A stretch of DNA of 64,000 nt from Bacteriovoracaceae bacterium (GTDB lineage: Bacteria > Bdellovibrionota > Bacteriovoracia > Bacteriovoracales > Bacteriovoracaceae). Where the stretch lies: NCBI GenBank assembly GCA_018649885.1, contig JABIHA010000068.1:1-64000 (forward strand), written 5' to 3'. The translations under genes were made by a program, and so were the position numbers. Every line of letters starts with the position of its first letter. Position 1 is the first letter of the stretch. The notes under the pieces are model-generated. The model was not told the DNA's origin. It ran no database searches and saw only the letters and a list, made by a program, of their open reading frames with translations. Of this stretch, positions 29,853-40,538 are shown piece by piece.

Positions 29853-30545
29853 ATGTCGAGTGATGATCATGAAATTTCTAATATCCCTCAAATGAGAGAT
29901 GTCCAAAAGCAGGCTAGTATTTTGGATCTCATCCATACTTCTAAGAAAGTTGGTGCCTACTTTACCCTTTGGCAAAGCCCTAATGATGAAAAAATAAGCA
30001 GGCAAGTTCACTTATTAAAAATCAAAGAATACGACAATGTCATGGAGTTCGAACCCATTGATAAATCTCTTTGCTTTAACTCAGCTCTTCCAATCTTTTT
30101 CTATACCTCTTACAAAACCTTAATATTCAAGTCCCGAATTAAGTTTAATTCACACTTTAAGCTGGCCATAGATATTCCTAATTCGGCCATGGCAATTGAG
30201 CTTAGAAACAATAAGCGTCTGATGTTGGGAAAGAATTTCTTTGAGCGTAAATTCGTAAATTTTGAAAAAGTTGGGAGTAATCCATCAAACCAGCCAGTCA
30301 TCAAAAGGCAGATCATCGACATTAGTGAATACGGCATGGCAATCAAAGCAGACACTAGGGAAAACTTAAAATACTACGTTCAAGACAAAGTTTTTATCAA
30401 TGAAATCGCAGAAAAACATATCCCAGAAGGCCTCTATGGAAAAATTGCTTATCTTAAGCGAGTTCCAAAAGAGGGAAAAATCAAAGCACATCTTAGAATT
30501 GGTATAAAATTTGATCAAGCACTAAATTTAGATTACATCAGCTAA
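29853..30545 (+). CDS. PilZ-domain (c-di-GMP receptor-like) protein
   Basis: RxxxR (ELRNNKR) and DISxxG (DISEYG) motifs, C-terminal GIKF. Confidence 0.78.
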   Translation: MSSDDHEISNIPQMRDVQKQASILDLIHTSKKVGAYFTLWQSPNDEKISRQVHLLKIKEYDNVMEFEPIDKSLCFNSALPIFFYTSYKTLIFKSRIKFNSHFKLAIDIPNSAMAIELRNNKRLMLGKNFFERKFVNFEKVGSNPSNQPVIKRQIIDISEYGMAIKADTRENLKYYVQDKVFINEIAEKHIPEGLYGKIAYLKRVPKEGKIKAHLRIGIKFDQALNLDYIS

Positions 30546-30926
30546 ATGAGTTTTGAGCTTGTCTTTGATATTGTCCGGTAAAACGACCGACTTATTTTTA
30601 CCGTAATCAAAATGAATCATTACAGCACTACCCTTTGCTACCATTTTTTCATCTTGAAAAGCTGTATGCCCAATAGTGAAAGATGAATTACCAATGGCGG
30701 TAACTGTAGTTTTGACGAGCACGTCTTTGCCGTAAAAAATCTGACCAATAAAATCAACTGTAATACTAGCAAGAATCAATCTCCACTTACTGATATCTAA
30801 ATTCGGAGTAAAAAATTCAAATATTGGCCTTCTGGCCGTTTCAAACCAAATGGGCAAAACAGTATTATTCAGGTGGCCAAGGGCATCCGTCTCAGAAAAT
30901 CTAGGCTCAAAGTGTAGTTCAAACAT
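30528..30926 (-). CDS. acyl-CoA thioesterase (4HBT/hotdog fold)
   Basis: PRFSETDALGHLNN motif; ATG 30926 chosen to avoid overlap with the divergent gene. Confidence 0.88.
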   Translation of the reverse strand: MFELHFEPRFSETDALGHLNNTVLPIWFETARRPIFEFFTPNLDISKWRLILASITVDFIGQIFYGKDVLVKTTVTAIGNSSFTIGHTAFQDEKMVAKGSAVMIHFDYGKNKSVVLPDNIKDKLKTHLADVI

Positions 30927-30981
30927 ATTTAGTTTATAGCAAATTTTCCCTAAGGAAATTATATGCATAGCGTTGTAAAAT

Positions 30982-33390
30982 ATGACTAATATGATTAAAT
31001 TGCTATTCACTTGGACCATCATTTTCCTAAGTTTTGGTTTCCCCTCAAAAGTAATGGGGAAATCTGATAACAATGAAATTGATGTAAAAAGCACAAAAGA
31101 AAAATTTGAAAATGAAGTAAAAGGGCTTGAGTCCCTGCTGAAAGAGTCCAACGGTCAAAAACGAAAAATTGCTGAGTATATGCTGAGCTTTAGTGAGCAA
31201 GTGGCCTCAGTTCTATCTTCAGATGATCCTACCGCTTTCAAACTTTTCAAGGAAAATATCCTCGAAGCTGAAGAACAAATCAATGAATGGATCAATGGCA
31301 ATGAAGAGTTGAAAAAGAAAATTAATGAGCTAATCATTGTTAATGAACAAGTTAAAGAAAATCTTGCACAATTTAATAAAAAGAAAAATAGTGAAATAGG
31401 CGATCTATATAAATTCCATAAAAGAAAAGCCCCTCTTTTGAAAAAGATCAAGGGTAACCTGGAAGTTCATAATAAAGTACTCTTAGACTTCCAGGCGAAA
31501 GTGAATAAATGGAAAGAATTTGTAAGCAATAAGGCCAAAGAAAAAGTAAATAAAAATCTTCTCAAATGGGACTACTCTGATGGAGTTAAACCATTTCTAA
31601 ATATCCCTCAGGAAGTAAAAGATCTAAAATCCCAATTAACCCTCAAGGAAGGGATTAAAGACATTGACAATTTTATAAATAAAAACAAAGTACAAATAAT
31701 CTTTTCTCAACTAGCTGCATTTCTTATTTTTTCATTTATCCTCTACCTTCTATATAAAGGTGGTGCTTACCTGCGCGATATCTTTGAGAATAAGCAGTTA
31801 AATGCAATTATTAATTCTGTGATTAATTCCCGCATACTTGTCTCTATTTCTATTGCCTTTTTTTCACTTAGTTTACTTCTTGGGAAAATCACAAAAAATA
31901 TACCTTCCCTTTTAGAGTTCGTCATAGTTTCAGTGGCCTTATCAACATTTATTTTCTGGCTTGGAATCAATATCAACGTGGCATTCATTTCAAACTTTCA
32001 AGATGATAAAAAAGAAATGGACCAAATCCCTTTCTTACAAGTATTCTTTATTTTCCTTCTTACAAATTTAAAGCTTGCTGAATCAATTTTACATATAAAT
32101 AGTGAGCTTCTCGTTCTCGCAAGCTCTCTTCTAATGATTATCACTTTTACATTTATGATAAAGACATTCAGACGTTTTAATATTTTCGAAGAGAAAAGAA
32201 AGAGTGTTCGACTTATTAATATTGGTAAAACTGTCCAGATTTTCATTCAAATCGTTTTGGGAGTTTTTGTTCTCGCAGCAGTATTTGAAATTGCTGGATT
32301 CAAAACATTGGGTCATACCCTACAAGTAATTTTAGTAGGAAATCTTATAACTCTTGGATCAATATGGGTGATTAATACTTTCCTGGTAGAAATTGTTTAT
32401 ATTGTAGGTAAAAAGCTCAAAGGACTCACATTTTTTAAGTATAAAAATACAGACGATATTGGAATCTTCGCTAGAAAGGCCATTGGTATTTTTTTACTAG
32501 TAACATCATTCTATCTAATTGTGGAATCATGGGCCCAAAATATTTTCTTTCGATCTGAAATTTGGGATATGAAAGTCTTTTCAGTTGGAAACTATACGCT
32601 AGTAGTTAGTCAAATTATAAAACTTATAGCCTCTTTTTATATATTCAAAGGCATTTATGTACTACTAAAAGTTCTCTTCAATAGTTTTAGCGAAGAAGTA
32701 TTTAAAATACCAAAGAGAGATTCAGCAAAATTTTTAAGTATTTCAAAGTATAGCCTAATTTTGGCAACTACCTTTGTTTGTACCTCTATTTTAGGGGTTA
32801 CCTATAAGAATCTTATTTTTATCACCGGTGCTCTAGGCGTTGGTATTGGTTTTGGTCTCCAAAATATTGTTAACAATTTTATTAGCGGTGTTATTTTAAT
32901 CTTTGAGCAGCCTATTCGAATCGGAGATTTGATTGAAGTTGAAGGTGAGCTGGCAATTGTCTCAAATATTGGAATTCGATCTACCATTGTAAGTACACTA
33001 GAAAACTCTGCCGTCATTATTCCCAACTCACTAATTCTTTCAAATCAGCTTACCAATTGGACTCTCAATGATAATTTCATACGTCTTACAACTCAAGTTG
33101 GTGTGGCCTACGGAAGCGATACCACGAAAGTGACTCAAATTCTTTTGGATGTAGTAAAAGCCGATATTGATATATTGAAATCCCCCACTCCTCAGGTGTG
33201 GTTTGATCAATTTGGAGATAGTAGTCTAAATTTTGTTATAAAGTACTGGATAGATAAACCAACTAAGAAATTTATTATCCAAAGTAATATCATGCATAGA
33301 ATAAATGAATCCCTTAAGGATAATGGAATTGTAATACCTTTTCCTCAAAGAGATATTCACATCAAAACTGAAGGTGAAATAGCTTCCTAG
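30982..33390 (+). CDS. MscS/MscK-like mechanosensitive channel
   Basis: GALGVGIGFGLQNIVNNFISG, VGVAYGSD, IPFPQRD; long periplasmic N-terminus. Confidence 0.92.
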   Translation: MTNMIKLLFTWTIIFLSFGFPSKVMGKSDNNEIDVKSTKEKFENEVKGLESLLKESNGQKRKIAEYMLSFSEQVASVLSSDDPTAFKLFKENILEAEEQINEWINGNEELKKKINELIIVNEQVKENLAQFNKKKNSEIGDLYKFHKRKAPLLKKIKGNLEVHNKVLLDFQAKVNKWKEFVSNKAKEKVNKNLLKWDYSDGVKPFLNIPQEVKDLKSQLTLKEGIKDIDNFINKNKVQIIFSQLAAFLIFSFILYLLYKGGAYLRDIFENKQLNAIINSVINSRILVSISIAFFSLSLLLGKITKNIPSLLEFVIVSVALSTFIFWLGININVAFISNFQDDKKEMDQIPFLQVFFIFLLTNLKLAESILHINSELLVLASSLLMIITFTFMIKTFRRFNIFEEKRKSVRLINIGKTVQIFIQIVLGVFVLAAVFEIAGFKTLGHTLQVILVGNLITLGSIWVINTFLVEIVYIVGKKLKGLTFFKYKNTDDIGIFARKAIGIFLLVTSFYLIVESWAQNIFFRSEIWDMKVFSVGNYTLVVSQIIKLIASFYIFKGIYVLLKVLFNSFSEEVFKIPKRDSAKFLSISKYSLILATTFVCTSILGVTYKNLIFITGALGVGIGFGLQNIVNNFISGVILIFEQPIRIGDLIEVEGELAIVSNIGIRSTIVSTLENSAVIIPNSLILSNQLTNWTLNDNFIRLTTQVGVAYGSDTTKVTQILLDVVKADIDILKSPTPQVWFDQFGDSSLNFVIKYWIDKPTKKFIIQSNIMHRINESLKDNGIVIPFPQRDIHIKTEGEIAS

Positions 33391-34154
33391 TCTCTTTCCT
33401 CAGGCGCGGTCCAACTCTCAAAAAATAGCTTTGAATTTAGGGAACGGTGCATTTGCTCCTCAGTTATATAGCCGGCCATTTTCATATTTTTAATGATTGC
33501 TGTAATCCTCTCATTGGCAAAAGGTGAAAGCTCTTTTTGCCTATAGGAATATGAATACTTTTTAGGACTTGGTAAAAGCATTGCTATAAAGGCACTCTCT
33601 TTAATTGTTAAGTCCCTTGGATCTTTTTGAAAGTAATAAATGCTCGCTGGCTGAATTCCGTATAAGCTGGCGCCGTACTCAATAATATTGAGGTAGTACT
33701 CAAGAATACGTTTTTTCCCCCAAACCCGCTCAAGGTATAAGGAGGCAACCAACTCTTTTACTTTTCGATATAGGCTTCTCTCACTTCCAACAAATAGATT
33801 TTTAGCAAGCTGTTGGGTGATAGTCGAAGCACCTCTTTTTAATTTACCTGTGGATAAAAATCTCATAATCACCTTACCCAGTTGCACCGTATCTATTCCG
33901 CTGTGTTGGTAAAAGGCCCAATCTTCACTGACGATAATCGCTCCCACCAAAAATTTGGATATCGAGGATAGATTTGACCAGTTTTTCGGCCTATTATGAC
34001 TTCCGTGATAGCTGGCCTTTCCGGTTTCCTTATCAACTGCCACTTCATAATATCTCCAGCTGGAATCATTGATGACATTTATGGGGATAATAGATAAAAT
34101 TATGGTGGCAAGTAAAACGAGGGCAGCCACAATATGAGTAGTTTTCTTTCGCAC
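33387..34154 (-). CDS. mtgA: monofunctional biosynthetic peptidoglycan transglycosylase
   Basis: SED..FY.H.G, GASTITQQLAKNL, RK.KE and ILEYYLN GT51 motifs; no transpeptidase domain. Confidence 0.88.
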   Translation of the reverse strand: MRKKTTHIVAALVLLATIILSIIPINVINDSSWRYYEVAVDKETGKASYHGSHNRPKNWSNLSSISKFLVGAIIVSEDWAFYQHSGIDTVQLGKVIMRFLSTGKLKRGASTITQQLAKNLFVGSERSLYRKVKELVASLYLERVWGKKRILEYYLNIIEYGASLYGIQPASIYYFQKDPRDLTIKESAFIAMLLPSPKKYSYSYRQKELSPFANERITAIIKNMKMAGYITEEQMHRSLNSKLFFESWTAPEERD

Positions 34155-35006
34155 CGTTCAATCGTTCCTCTTAAAATTTTCTGTCTTTGTGCAGTTCTTT
34201 TTCTTACCTCACAAAATTCTTTTAGTAAAAATGAATTCAAACTGACTATGTCGCCAATAAATTATCAAAAGACATTAGCTTTCTTTAAAAAAAGCTATAA
34301 AGTTAAAACAATCAATCAGAGCAATTACTACTACGATACAAAAGATCTATTTCTTAAAAAAAATGGCACTAGCTTTAGAGTTCGTATTAAAGGCAACAAG
34401 GCAATTGTGGGACTTAAGGAATCTCTTGGTGGCACAAGCGGGCGTATGAGAAAAGAAAAAAAAGATGGATTGTTCAATCGGAACGAATATTACTGCACCT
34501 TTACCGATGGAATGGTTACCGCCAATAAAATTTTGGCCCAAAAAATTTCTCTTTTTAAAATTCCCTATGAAAAATGCAAGGTCAACGAGGGAACTACTAT
34601 CCATCCAATTTTGGCCTTAAAACGCCTTCTAAAAAAATACACAAAAAGAATTACTTACCGAAATATCAACAAGAGAGTAATTACTGTTAGCAAGCTAAAG
34701 CTTCTTGGTGGTAACCAGACGGTAAGATCGGTTGTTTCCGTCATATTAGGGGGCGTAGATTACAACCTTGAATTGGATCGAACGACCTTTCCAATGAATT
34801 ACTTGAGCTTTGAGCTAGAAATGGAAGTTCCATCAAATATAACTAAAGACAGAGTTATCATTCAAAGAGAGCTAGAAAACTACCTTAAAAATATTGTTAA
34901 AGTAAAATACTTCAGCTCAGCCTATTCTAAATCTAGTTTGCTTTTTAAAGTTCTCAGGAAAGAAGACATCCCTCTACTTCTAAAGAATCACTTTCTCTAC
35001 AAATAA
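34134..35006 (+). CDS. CYTH-domain (triphosphate tunnel) protein with signal-peptide-like N-terminus
   Basis: NEFKL, QSNYYYDT, FRVR and ELEME CYTH motifs; start uncertain. Confidence 0.7.
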   Translation: MSSFLSHRSIVPLKIFCLCAVLFLTSQNSFSKNEFKLTMSPINYQKTLAFFKKSYKVKTINQSNYYYDTKDLFLKKNGTSFRVRIKGNKAIVGLKESLGGTSGRMRKEKKDGLFNRNEYYCTFTDGMVTANKILAQKISLFKIPYEKCKVNEGTTIHPILALKRLLKKYTKRITYRNINKRVITVSKLKLLGGNQTVRSVVSVILGGVDYNLELDRTTFPMNYLSFELEMEVPSNITKDRVIIQRELENYLKNIVKVKYFSSAYSKSSLLFKVLRKEDIPLLLKNHFLYK

Positions 35007-35016
35007 AGAATATGCC

Positions 35017-35460
35017 CTAGAGCGAAGAAATATAATTCGCGAGATTTGTAAAATCTTCTGCGCTAAGAGTCTCCAAGTAAGGATCCATTTTTTCGTTAAC
35101 TCTCTGCTTTGATTTAAATTTATTTAAAGTAGCTTCTATATACCAGCTATAAAGTCCACCAATTCGAGGAGCAAGTTGTTCAACGTCACCTAACCCTTCC
35201 TCACCATGACAAATCATGCAACTGCCTTTTCCAAAATAAATTTTCTCTCCCAAGGCAATAGACTCGGCACCACTTGAAACTTTAACGACCTCAGTGTGAT
35301 GCTCCACATGTCCGCCACTTTTATCAAATGCCATCATTTGCTGGTGTAAATTCTTGTTGGCACCCATGTCATGATAGTGATGTTTATTACTGGACAGGCT
35401 TAGAGCGACTACTACCGCTACGCAGAAACTGATAAAAACCACTAGCCTTATTGCAGACAT
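35017..35460 (-). CDS. c-type cytochrome (c553/c4-like)
   Basis: CMICH heme motif, distal Met, N-terminal TM and His-rich linker. Confidence 0.88.
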   Translation of the reverse strand: MSAIRLVVFISFCVAVVVALSLSSNKHHYHDMGANKNLHQQMMAFDKSGGHVEHHTEVVKVSSGAESIALGEKIYFGKGSCMICHGEEGLGDVEQLAPRIGGLYSWYIEATLNKFKSKQRVNEKMDPYLETLSAEDFTNLANYISSL

Positions 35461-35535
35461 AAACTCTCCGGGAAATTGTTATATTAAAAAATATAGGCCA
35501 CTAACCCAGATTTGTAAAAATTTTCCTGATAGCCA

Positions 35536-36093
35536 TCATGATCTTGGGGAAAAATACTGATTTAATCTCTCTATGGCCTCATCTGCACAAGACACAACCT
35601 CTACATATTCCAAGTGAATGGGTTTCATAAAGCCAAGCTTGCTGACGGATTTAATATGCTCTAAAAAGTGGTCATAAAATCCATTGGTGTTAACCAAAAA
35701 TATGGGCTTGTTATGTAGGCCCAACTGTTTCCAAGTGACTACTTCACACAATTCATCCAAAGTTCCAAACCCTCCAGACAAAGCAAGAAAAGCATCTGAC
35801 ATACAATACATTTTATCTTTTCGTTGATGCATATTATCCGTTACATGAAGTACATCAAGCCCATCGTGTGCAACCTCAAGATCAGAAATGTGCTCAGGAA
35901 TAATCCCTTCGACCTCACCGCCTGCTCTCAAACAACCATTGGCAATAGCGCCCATGCAACCAATACTAGCACCACCATAAATCAATTTAATATTGGAGGT
36001 GGCAAGGTGTTTACCAAGCGCAGAAGCCTGTTCACAAAATATCTTGTCTGTACCCTGTGATGATCCACAAAATACACATAATGATTTTTTCAT
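35536..36093 (-). CDS. LOG family protein (TIGR00730 Rossmann fold)
   Basis: CVFCGSS, YGG..G.MG, MH.RK and SGG.GTLDE motifs. Confidence 0.9.
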   Translation of the reverse strand: MKKSLCVFCGSSQGTDKIFCEQASALGKHLATSNIKLIYGGASIGCMGAIANGCLRAGGEVEGIIPEHISDLEVAHDGLDVLHVTDNMHQRKDKMYCMSDAFLALSGGFGTLDELCEVVTWKQLGLHNKPIFLVNTNGFYDHFLEHIKSVSKLGFMKPIHLEYVEVVSCADEAIERLNQYFSPRS

Positions 36094-36866
36094 CTATCCA
36101 AACCCCTTATAAGCTCAACACTAATTTTGCCTACGCTGCCTTTTTTAAAATAGATAAGCAACTCCTTATTTCCATCTCTACCTGTAATGGGAGACCAAAT
36201 TAAATCTATCGCTTCCATCTCACACCCACCTGCCCAATCAAGAAAGCTTGTAAGCTCAACGAGTAGGATTTCCTCATTTCGAACTAGTCCATTTTTTGTA
36301 AGATTTTTGGGACCAACTTCAAATTGGGGCTTATACAAAGCAATAATCTCTCCAGACTCACCCACTAGTTCAAAAATTTTCTCTAATACCAGCCTTAGAG
36401 AAATAAAGCTGACATCTACAACGGCCACATCTGCAGACTCTGAAAGCTGTGCCCCATAACGAATATTGACTCCCTCCATATTGATCACTCTGGGATCACT
36501 CAATAATACGGGGCTAAGCTGATCCTTGCCCACGTCGATGGCGTAAACCTTACTAGCACCGGACTCTAAACAAACTTGGGTGAAACCCCCAGTAGAAGCA
36601 CCAATATCGCAGACAATTTTGCCAGAGAAATCCATAGAAAAGCAACTCCTTGCAGCAAGAAGTTTTTGTGCTCCTCTTCCCACCCAGTTATCATTTTGGG
36701 TTATATGGATCTCATCAGCATCTGACACAAGGGAAGCGGCCTTCGACATAACCACCCCATTAACACTGACTTTACCAGATTTAATGAGATCTTTTGCTTT
36801 AGATCTTGAGTTGATGCCATGGTGTTCAACTAAGCAAAGGTCGAGCCTTTTATTATCCCAACTCAT
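36090..36866 (-). CDS. tlyA: TlyA family rRNA 2'-O-methyltransferase
   Basis: S4 domain, DIGASTGGFT, DVSFISL and KPQFE motifs. Confidence 0.92.
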   Translation of the reverse strand: MSWDNKRLDLCLVEHHGINSRSKAKDLIKSGKVSVNGVVMSKAASLVSDADEIHITQNDNWVGRGAQKLLAARSCFSMDFSGKIVCDIGASTGGFTQVCLESGASKVYAIDVGKDQLSPVLLSDPRVINMEGVNIRYGAQLSESADVAVVDVSFISLRLVLEKIFELVGESGEIIALYKPQFEVGPKNLTKNGLVRNEEILLVELTSFLDWAGGCEMEAIDLIWSPITGRDGNKELLIYFKKGSVGKISVELIRGLDR

Positions 36867-36872
36867 GTGAAT

Positions 36873-37271
36873 TTAAAGAATTTCAGGCGTAATAGAAATC
36901 TCTACAGTGGCGCCTATAAGGTCAAAGGATGAAAATACAGTGGTGACACCAAGAGGGAGAATTAATTTCTTACTGACGACCAACTCTTTTTTTCCGTAAT
37001 TCATTAGATAAATATTTGCGAAACACATAACTGCAGAGGGTAGATCCCCTTCACCTATTATTTCTTCAGCTTTTTCAATTTCAATGGAGACTTCATCGCT
37101 TAAGTTGACGACCTCCACTCCCCCCGACTCCAGGGTGACACTACGATGAATCTCTTTGTTCATCGTTAACTGCTCCATTACCTTGGTCTTTTTGATAACA
37201 TTGACATCTAATTTTACGTTGGAAAAACAGAGCGCTGGAAGGAACATAAAAAAAACGAAAAGAAATCTCAT
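36873..37271 (-). CDS. secreted hypothetical protein
   Basis: Signal peptide, co-oriented with tlyA. Confidence 0.6.
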   Translation of the reverse strand: MRFLFVFFMFLPALCFSNVKLDVNVIKKTKVMEQLTMNKEIHRSVTLESGGVEVVNLSDEVSIEIEKAEEIIGEGDLPSAVMCFANIYLMNYGKKELVVSKKLILPLGVTTVFSSFDLIGATVEISITPEIL

Positions 37272-37354
37272 TTCCTAATTGCTCCCATGTTCTAAAAAAA
37301 GTATTTATTCCAATTGATATTATAGTAATAATCCCTACTGAATGTAAAACTTAG

Positions 37355-37750
37355 ATGATGAAACTTAAAAATACATGGTTAAAATTTTTCTCGCTTTCCA
37401 TTGGAGGATTATATATCGCCTTCATTTTTTATATTTGTCTCACCCCAACTCCTCCACAAACAGAAATTGAAATTCCTTTTTTAGATAAAATTGCTCACTT
37501 TCTTATGTATTTTGGTTTGATCATTTGGTTTGGCCAAATTTTTTGCACAAAATGGATGAGGTGGTGGTTTATATCCTTTTTTTCTATGGGTGTTCTAGTG
37601 GAGAATTTGCAAAAATTGGGAGGAGTTAGAAGTTTTGAGTATGAAGATATGATTTCAAATGCCATTGGGCTGACACTTGGTCTTTTTATAGTAAAATCTC
37701 CTCTGGGAGAGCTTTTGAGCAAATTTGAGGATTCTATTACACATGACTGA
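37355..37750 (+). CDS. VanZ-like membrane protein
   Basis: DKIAHF.MY, E..Q and R.FE..D..SN..G motifs. Confidence 0.82.
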   Translation: MMKLKNTWLKFFSLSIGGLYIAFIFYICLTPTPPQTEIEIPFLDKIAHFLMYFGLIIWFGQIFCTKWMRWWFISFFSMGVLVENLQKLGGVRSFEYEDMISNAIGLTLGLFIVKSPLGELLSKFEDSITHD

Positions 37751-38846
37751 GAAAGTTGAATTAGATGCAGTTATTATCGGAGGTGGCGTAATAGGTCTTG
37801 CCACTGCCTTTAAGCTGGCCCAAAAATTTCCAGAGCTTGATATTGCGATCCTTGAAAGTGGCCCCTACTTTGGAGATCAAACAACTGGTCGCAATAGTGG
37901 TGTATTACACGCAGGCATCTACTATCCAAAGAATTCCTTGAAAAATAGATTCTGCCTCACAGGCCTTGAAGCCTGGTACGATTTTGCCTCCAAATACAAA
38001 ATCCCCCATCTTAGGTGTGGCAAATACATAGTCGCAGGGGAAAGTAGCGAAGACCACTTGCTAGACTCACTATTTGAAAAAGCGACAGATGCCGGAGCTC
38101 GCGATTTACGGTTTGCCGAAAACTCTGAAATAGAAACTCTTTCTAGTCAAGTTCACATATCAAAAGCTATTTTTTCACCTCACACAGGTGTGATTGATGT
38201 AGCACAGGCCATGAAAACTCTTTTAAAGTTGACCGAGTCTCATGGCGTGAGCGCGATGAAAAATCACCATGTGAGGAGCATTGAAAAATCGGATAGTGGG
38301 TTTTTGCTAAGTTTAGAAAACCTTGAAATCAGTACAAAACTTTGCTTTAACTGTGCAGGGCTGCGTGGCATTGATCTCAGAAAAACTCTATCCCTCACCA
38401 ACCTAGAAAATCTGTTTGTGAAGGGTGTGTACCTTACCACAAACCAAAAGCTAGGCTACAAAAGCCTTCTCTATCCAATGCCACTAGAAAAACTCAAGGG
38501 ACTGGGTGTACATGCCACCATTGAGCCAGATGGGAAGATTAAGTTTGGACCCAATGCTTTTGAGGTGGATCAAATTAACTACAATATTGAAGACAAGGAC
38601 TACTTTGAGCTTATGAATAGTGTGAAATTCTTCTTCAAGGGTGTAGATGAGAGCAGATGTCACCCTGATTTCTCAGGAATTAGACCTAAAATTCTAGATA
38701 ACGGGGCCCTGCATCCAGACTTTTGGGTTAAAACTCCTGCTGATTTAAATATTGAGGGCTATTTTGAATGTTGTGGAATCGAGTCCCCTGGTCTCACCAG
38801 TGCTTTTTCTATCGCAGACTATTTGGTAGATTCAATCAATGTGTAG
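37743..38846 (+). CDS. FAD-dependent oxidoreductase (L-2-hydroxyglutarate oxidase family)
   Basis: GGGVIG, TGRNSGVLHAGIYY, GLGVH, GIRPK and GIESPGLTS motifs. Confidence 0.88.
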   Translation: MTEKVELDAVIIGGGVIGLATAFKLAQKFPELDIAILESGPYFGDQTTGRNSGVLHAGIYYPKNSLKNRFCLTGLEAWYDFASKYKIPHLRCGKYIVAGESSEDHLLDSLFEKATDAGARDLRFAENSEIETLSSQVHISKAIFSPHTGVIDVAQAMKTLLKLTESHGVSAMKNHHVRSIEKSDSGFLLSLENLEISTKLCFNCAGLRGIDLRKTLSLTNLENLFVKGVYLTTNQKLGYKSLLYPMPLEKLKGLGVHATIEPDGKIKFGPNAFEVDQINYNIEDKDYFELMNSVKFFFKGVDESRCHPDFSGIRPKILDNGALHPDFWVKTPADLNIEGYFECCGIESPGLTSAFSIADYLVDSINV

Positions 38847-38857
38847 GATAACCAAAA

Positions 38858-40234
38858 ATGCTTAGAGAACATCAATTCTCCCTCAATCTGTTTCAAAAAG
38901 TACTAGACGGTGCTCTTGTTCTCATATGTTGGGTTTTGGCCTTCTACATCAGGTTCAACCTAATGCCTGGCGGCCAAGCCTCCATGGGCTGGATTTATCT
39001 TAAGCTTTCGTTCCCACTCATTTTTGTGACTCTTTATTTTTTATCGAAAAATGGTCTCTACCGCTCTCAAAGATTTAGCACCAGAATGTCGGAAATTGCA
39101 GCCGTCATTAAGGCCAATGGCCTCACTTTTATTTGCTTTATTCTCCTGCTCTATCTAGTTTTTCCCGCTAAGTTTTCTAGAATCACGCTTGCAGTCTATT
39201 ACATTCTCTCAACTGTAGTTTTGATCGCGTTCAGATTGATGGTCAGAAATTTTCTGAGATCTCTTAGAAGTAAGGGGAAAAATTTAAGACATCTTTTATT
39301 TGTAGGAAATGGAGAACAGTTCCTTGGTTATATTGAAACTATTCGAAAGTACAAAGATGCTGGAATAAATATTATTGGATGGATTGATTCTGGGGGACTA
39401 TCCGATAAATTTAAAATCACTGATTTAAATATGAGTGTCGGTGATGCCCGTGAAAAATACAATCCTGATTTTATTGTTATGGGCTATCCCGCAGGAGAAC
39501 AAAAAAAGGCCCAACATATTATTACCAAAGTTTATAATGACGTCACAAATATTCAAATTCTTCCCGATATCTCAAATATTTATATCGGACATGACATCTC
39601 GAATTTTGCCGGCATTCCCATTATTACGATCAATAGCCCAACACTGAATATCTTAGATCTTATTTTAAAAAGAGTCCTCGATTTATTCGGAGCCTTGGTG
39701 GGACTAATAATCCTCTCCCCCTTTCTCCTTCTAGTGTCTGCTCTGGTAAAGCTCACCTCAAAGGGTCCTATATTTTATGGCCAAGAAAGAATCACACTGA
39801 GTGGAAAGCCTTTCACCATGTGGAAGTTCAGATCTATGAATATAGGTGCTGAAAGTCAATCGGGAGCTGTGTGGGCAGTCAAAGACGATCCCAGAAGAAC
39901 AAAGTTTGGAACATTTTTAAGATCGAGCTCAATTGATGAACTCCCACAACTGTGGAATGTCCTCATCGGTGATATGTCACTAGTAGGACCCAGACCTGAA
40001 AGACCAATATTTGTCGATCAATTTAGACATGAGATTCCCGCCTATATGTTAAGACACAAAATGAGAGCTGGAATTACCGGCTGGGCGCAAGTCAATGGGC
40101 TTAGGGGTGATACTAGTCTTGAAAAGAGAATTGAGTTTGATATTTATTATATTAAACATTGGTCTTTTTGGATGGATATCAAAATTTTATTTATGACGAT
40201 TTGGACTGGGTTTATTAATAAAAATGCGTATTAA
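38858..40234 (+). CDS. undecaprenyl-phosphate glucose phosphotransferase (WcaJ-like)
   Basis: KFRSM, DELPQLWNV..GDMSLVGPRPE, GITGWAQVNG motifs. Confidence 0.92.
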   Translation: MLREHQFSLNLFQKVLDGALVLICWVLAFYIRFNLMPGGQASMGWIYLKLSFPLIFVTLYFLSKNGLYRSQRFSTRMSEIAAVIKANGLTFICFILLLYLVFPAKFSRITLAVYYILSTVVLIAFRLMVRNFLRSLRSKGKNLRHLLFVGNGEQFLGYIETIRKYKDAGINIIGWIDSGGLSDKFKITDLNMSVGDAREKYNPDFIVMGYPAGEQKKAQHIITKVYNDVTNIQILPDISNIYIGHDISNFAGIPIITINSPTLNILDLILKRVLDLFGALVGLIILSPFLLLVSALVKLTSKGPIFYGQERITLSGKPFTMWKFRSMNIGAESQSGAVWAVKDDPRRTKFGTFLRSSSIDELPQLWNVLIGDMSLVGPRPERPIFVDQFRHEIPAYMLRHKMRAGITGWAQVNGLRGDTSLEKRIEFDIYYIKHWSFWMDIKILFMTIWTGFINKNAY

Positions 40235-40236
40235 AA

Positions 40237-40446
40237 TTCTGGTTTCAGGAATCAGGTTTCTGGCTTCGGAGATCGGGTTTCTGGGTTCAGGGGTCTAAAT
40301 AAAGTATGTGCCTAGTTCGTAGCTTTCGCCTGCGATTAAGAAAATAAAAAAATTCTGGCTTCGGGGATCGGGTTTCTGGCTTCAGAGATCTGAATAGAGT
40401 ATGTGCCTAGTTCGTAGCTTTCGTTACGATTAAGTAAACAAAAAAA
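40237..40446. repeat. 7-bp-period repeats and two imperfect copies of a ~95-bp unit upstream of the four-helix-bundle gene
   Basis: TTCTGGT TTCAGGA ATCAGGT TTCTGGC TTCGGAG ATCGGGT...; copies start at 40258 and 40353 and share GTATGTGCCTAGTTCGTAGCTTTCG exactly. Confidence 0.88.
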
Positions 40447-40538
40447 TGAAATATTTTTTTATTGACTGAATCTTCACTGCAGCTGGTTGGGGGGAAGAAT
40501 TGCCTTCAGGCAATTCTTGGTTAACTAAAGGAGATTGT

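Noticed and set aside
40258..40446. CRISPR mini-array or DGR template/variable repeat pair
   Set aside because: Only two copies, the intervening sequence is itself repeated, mismatches are not confined to adenines, and no reverse transcriptase or cas gene is present.
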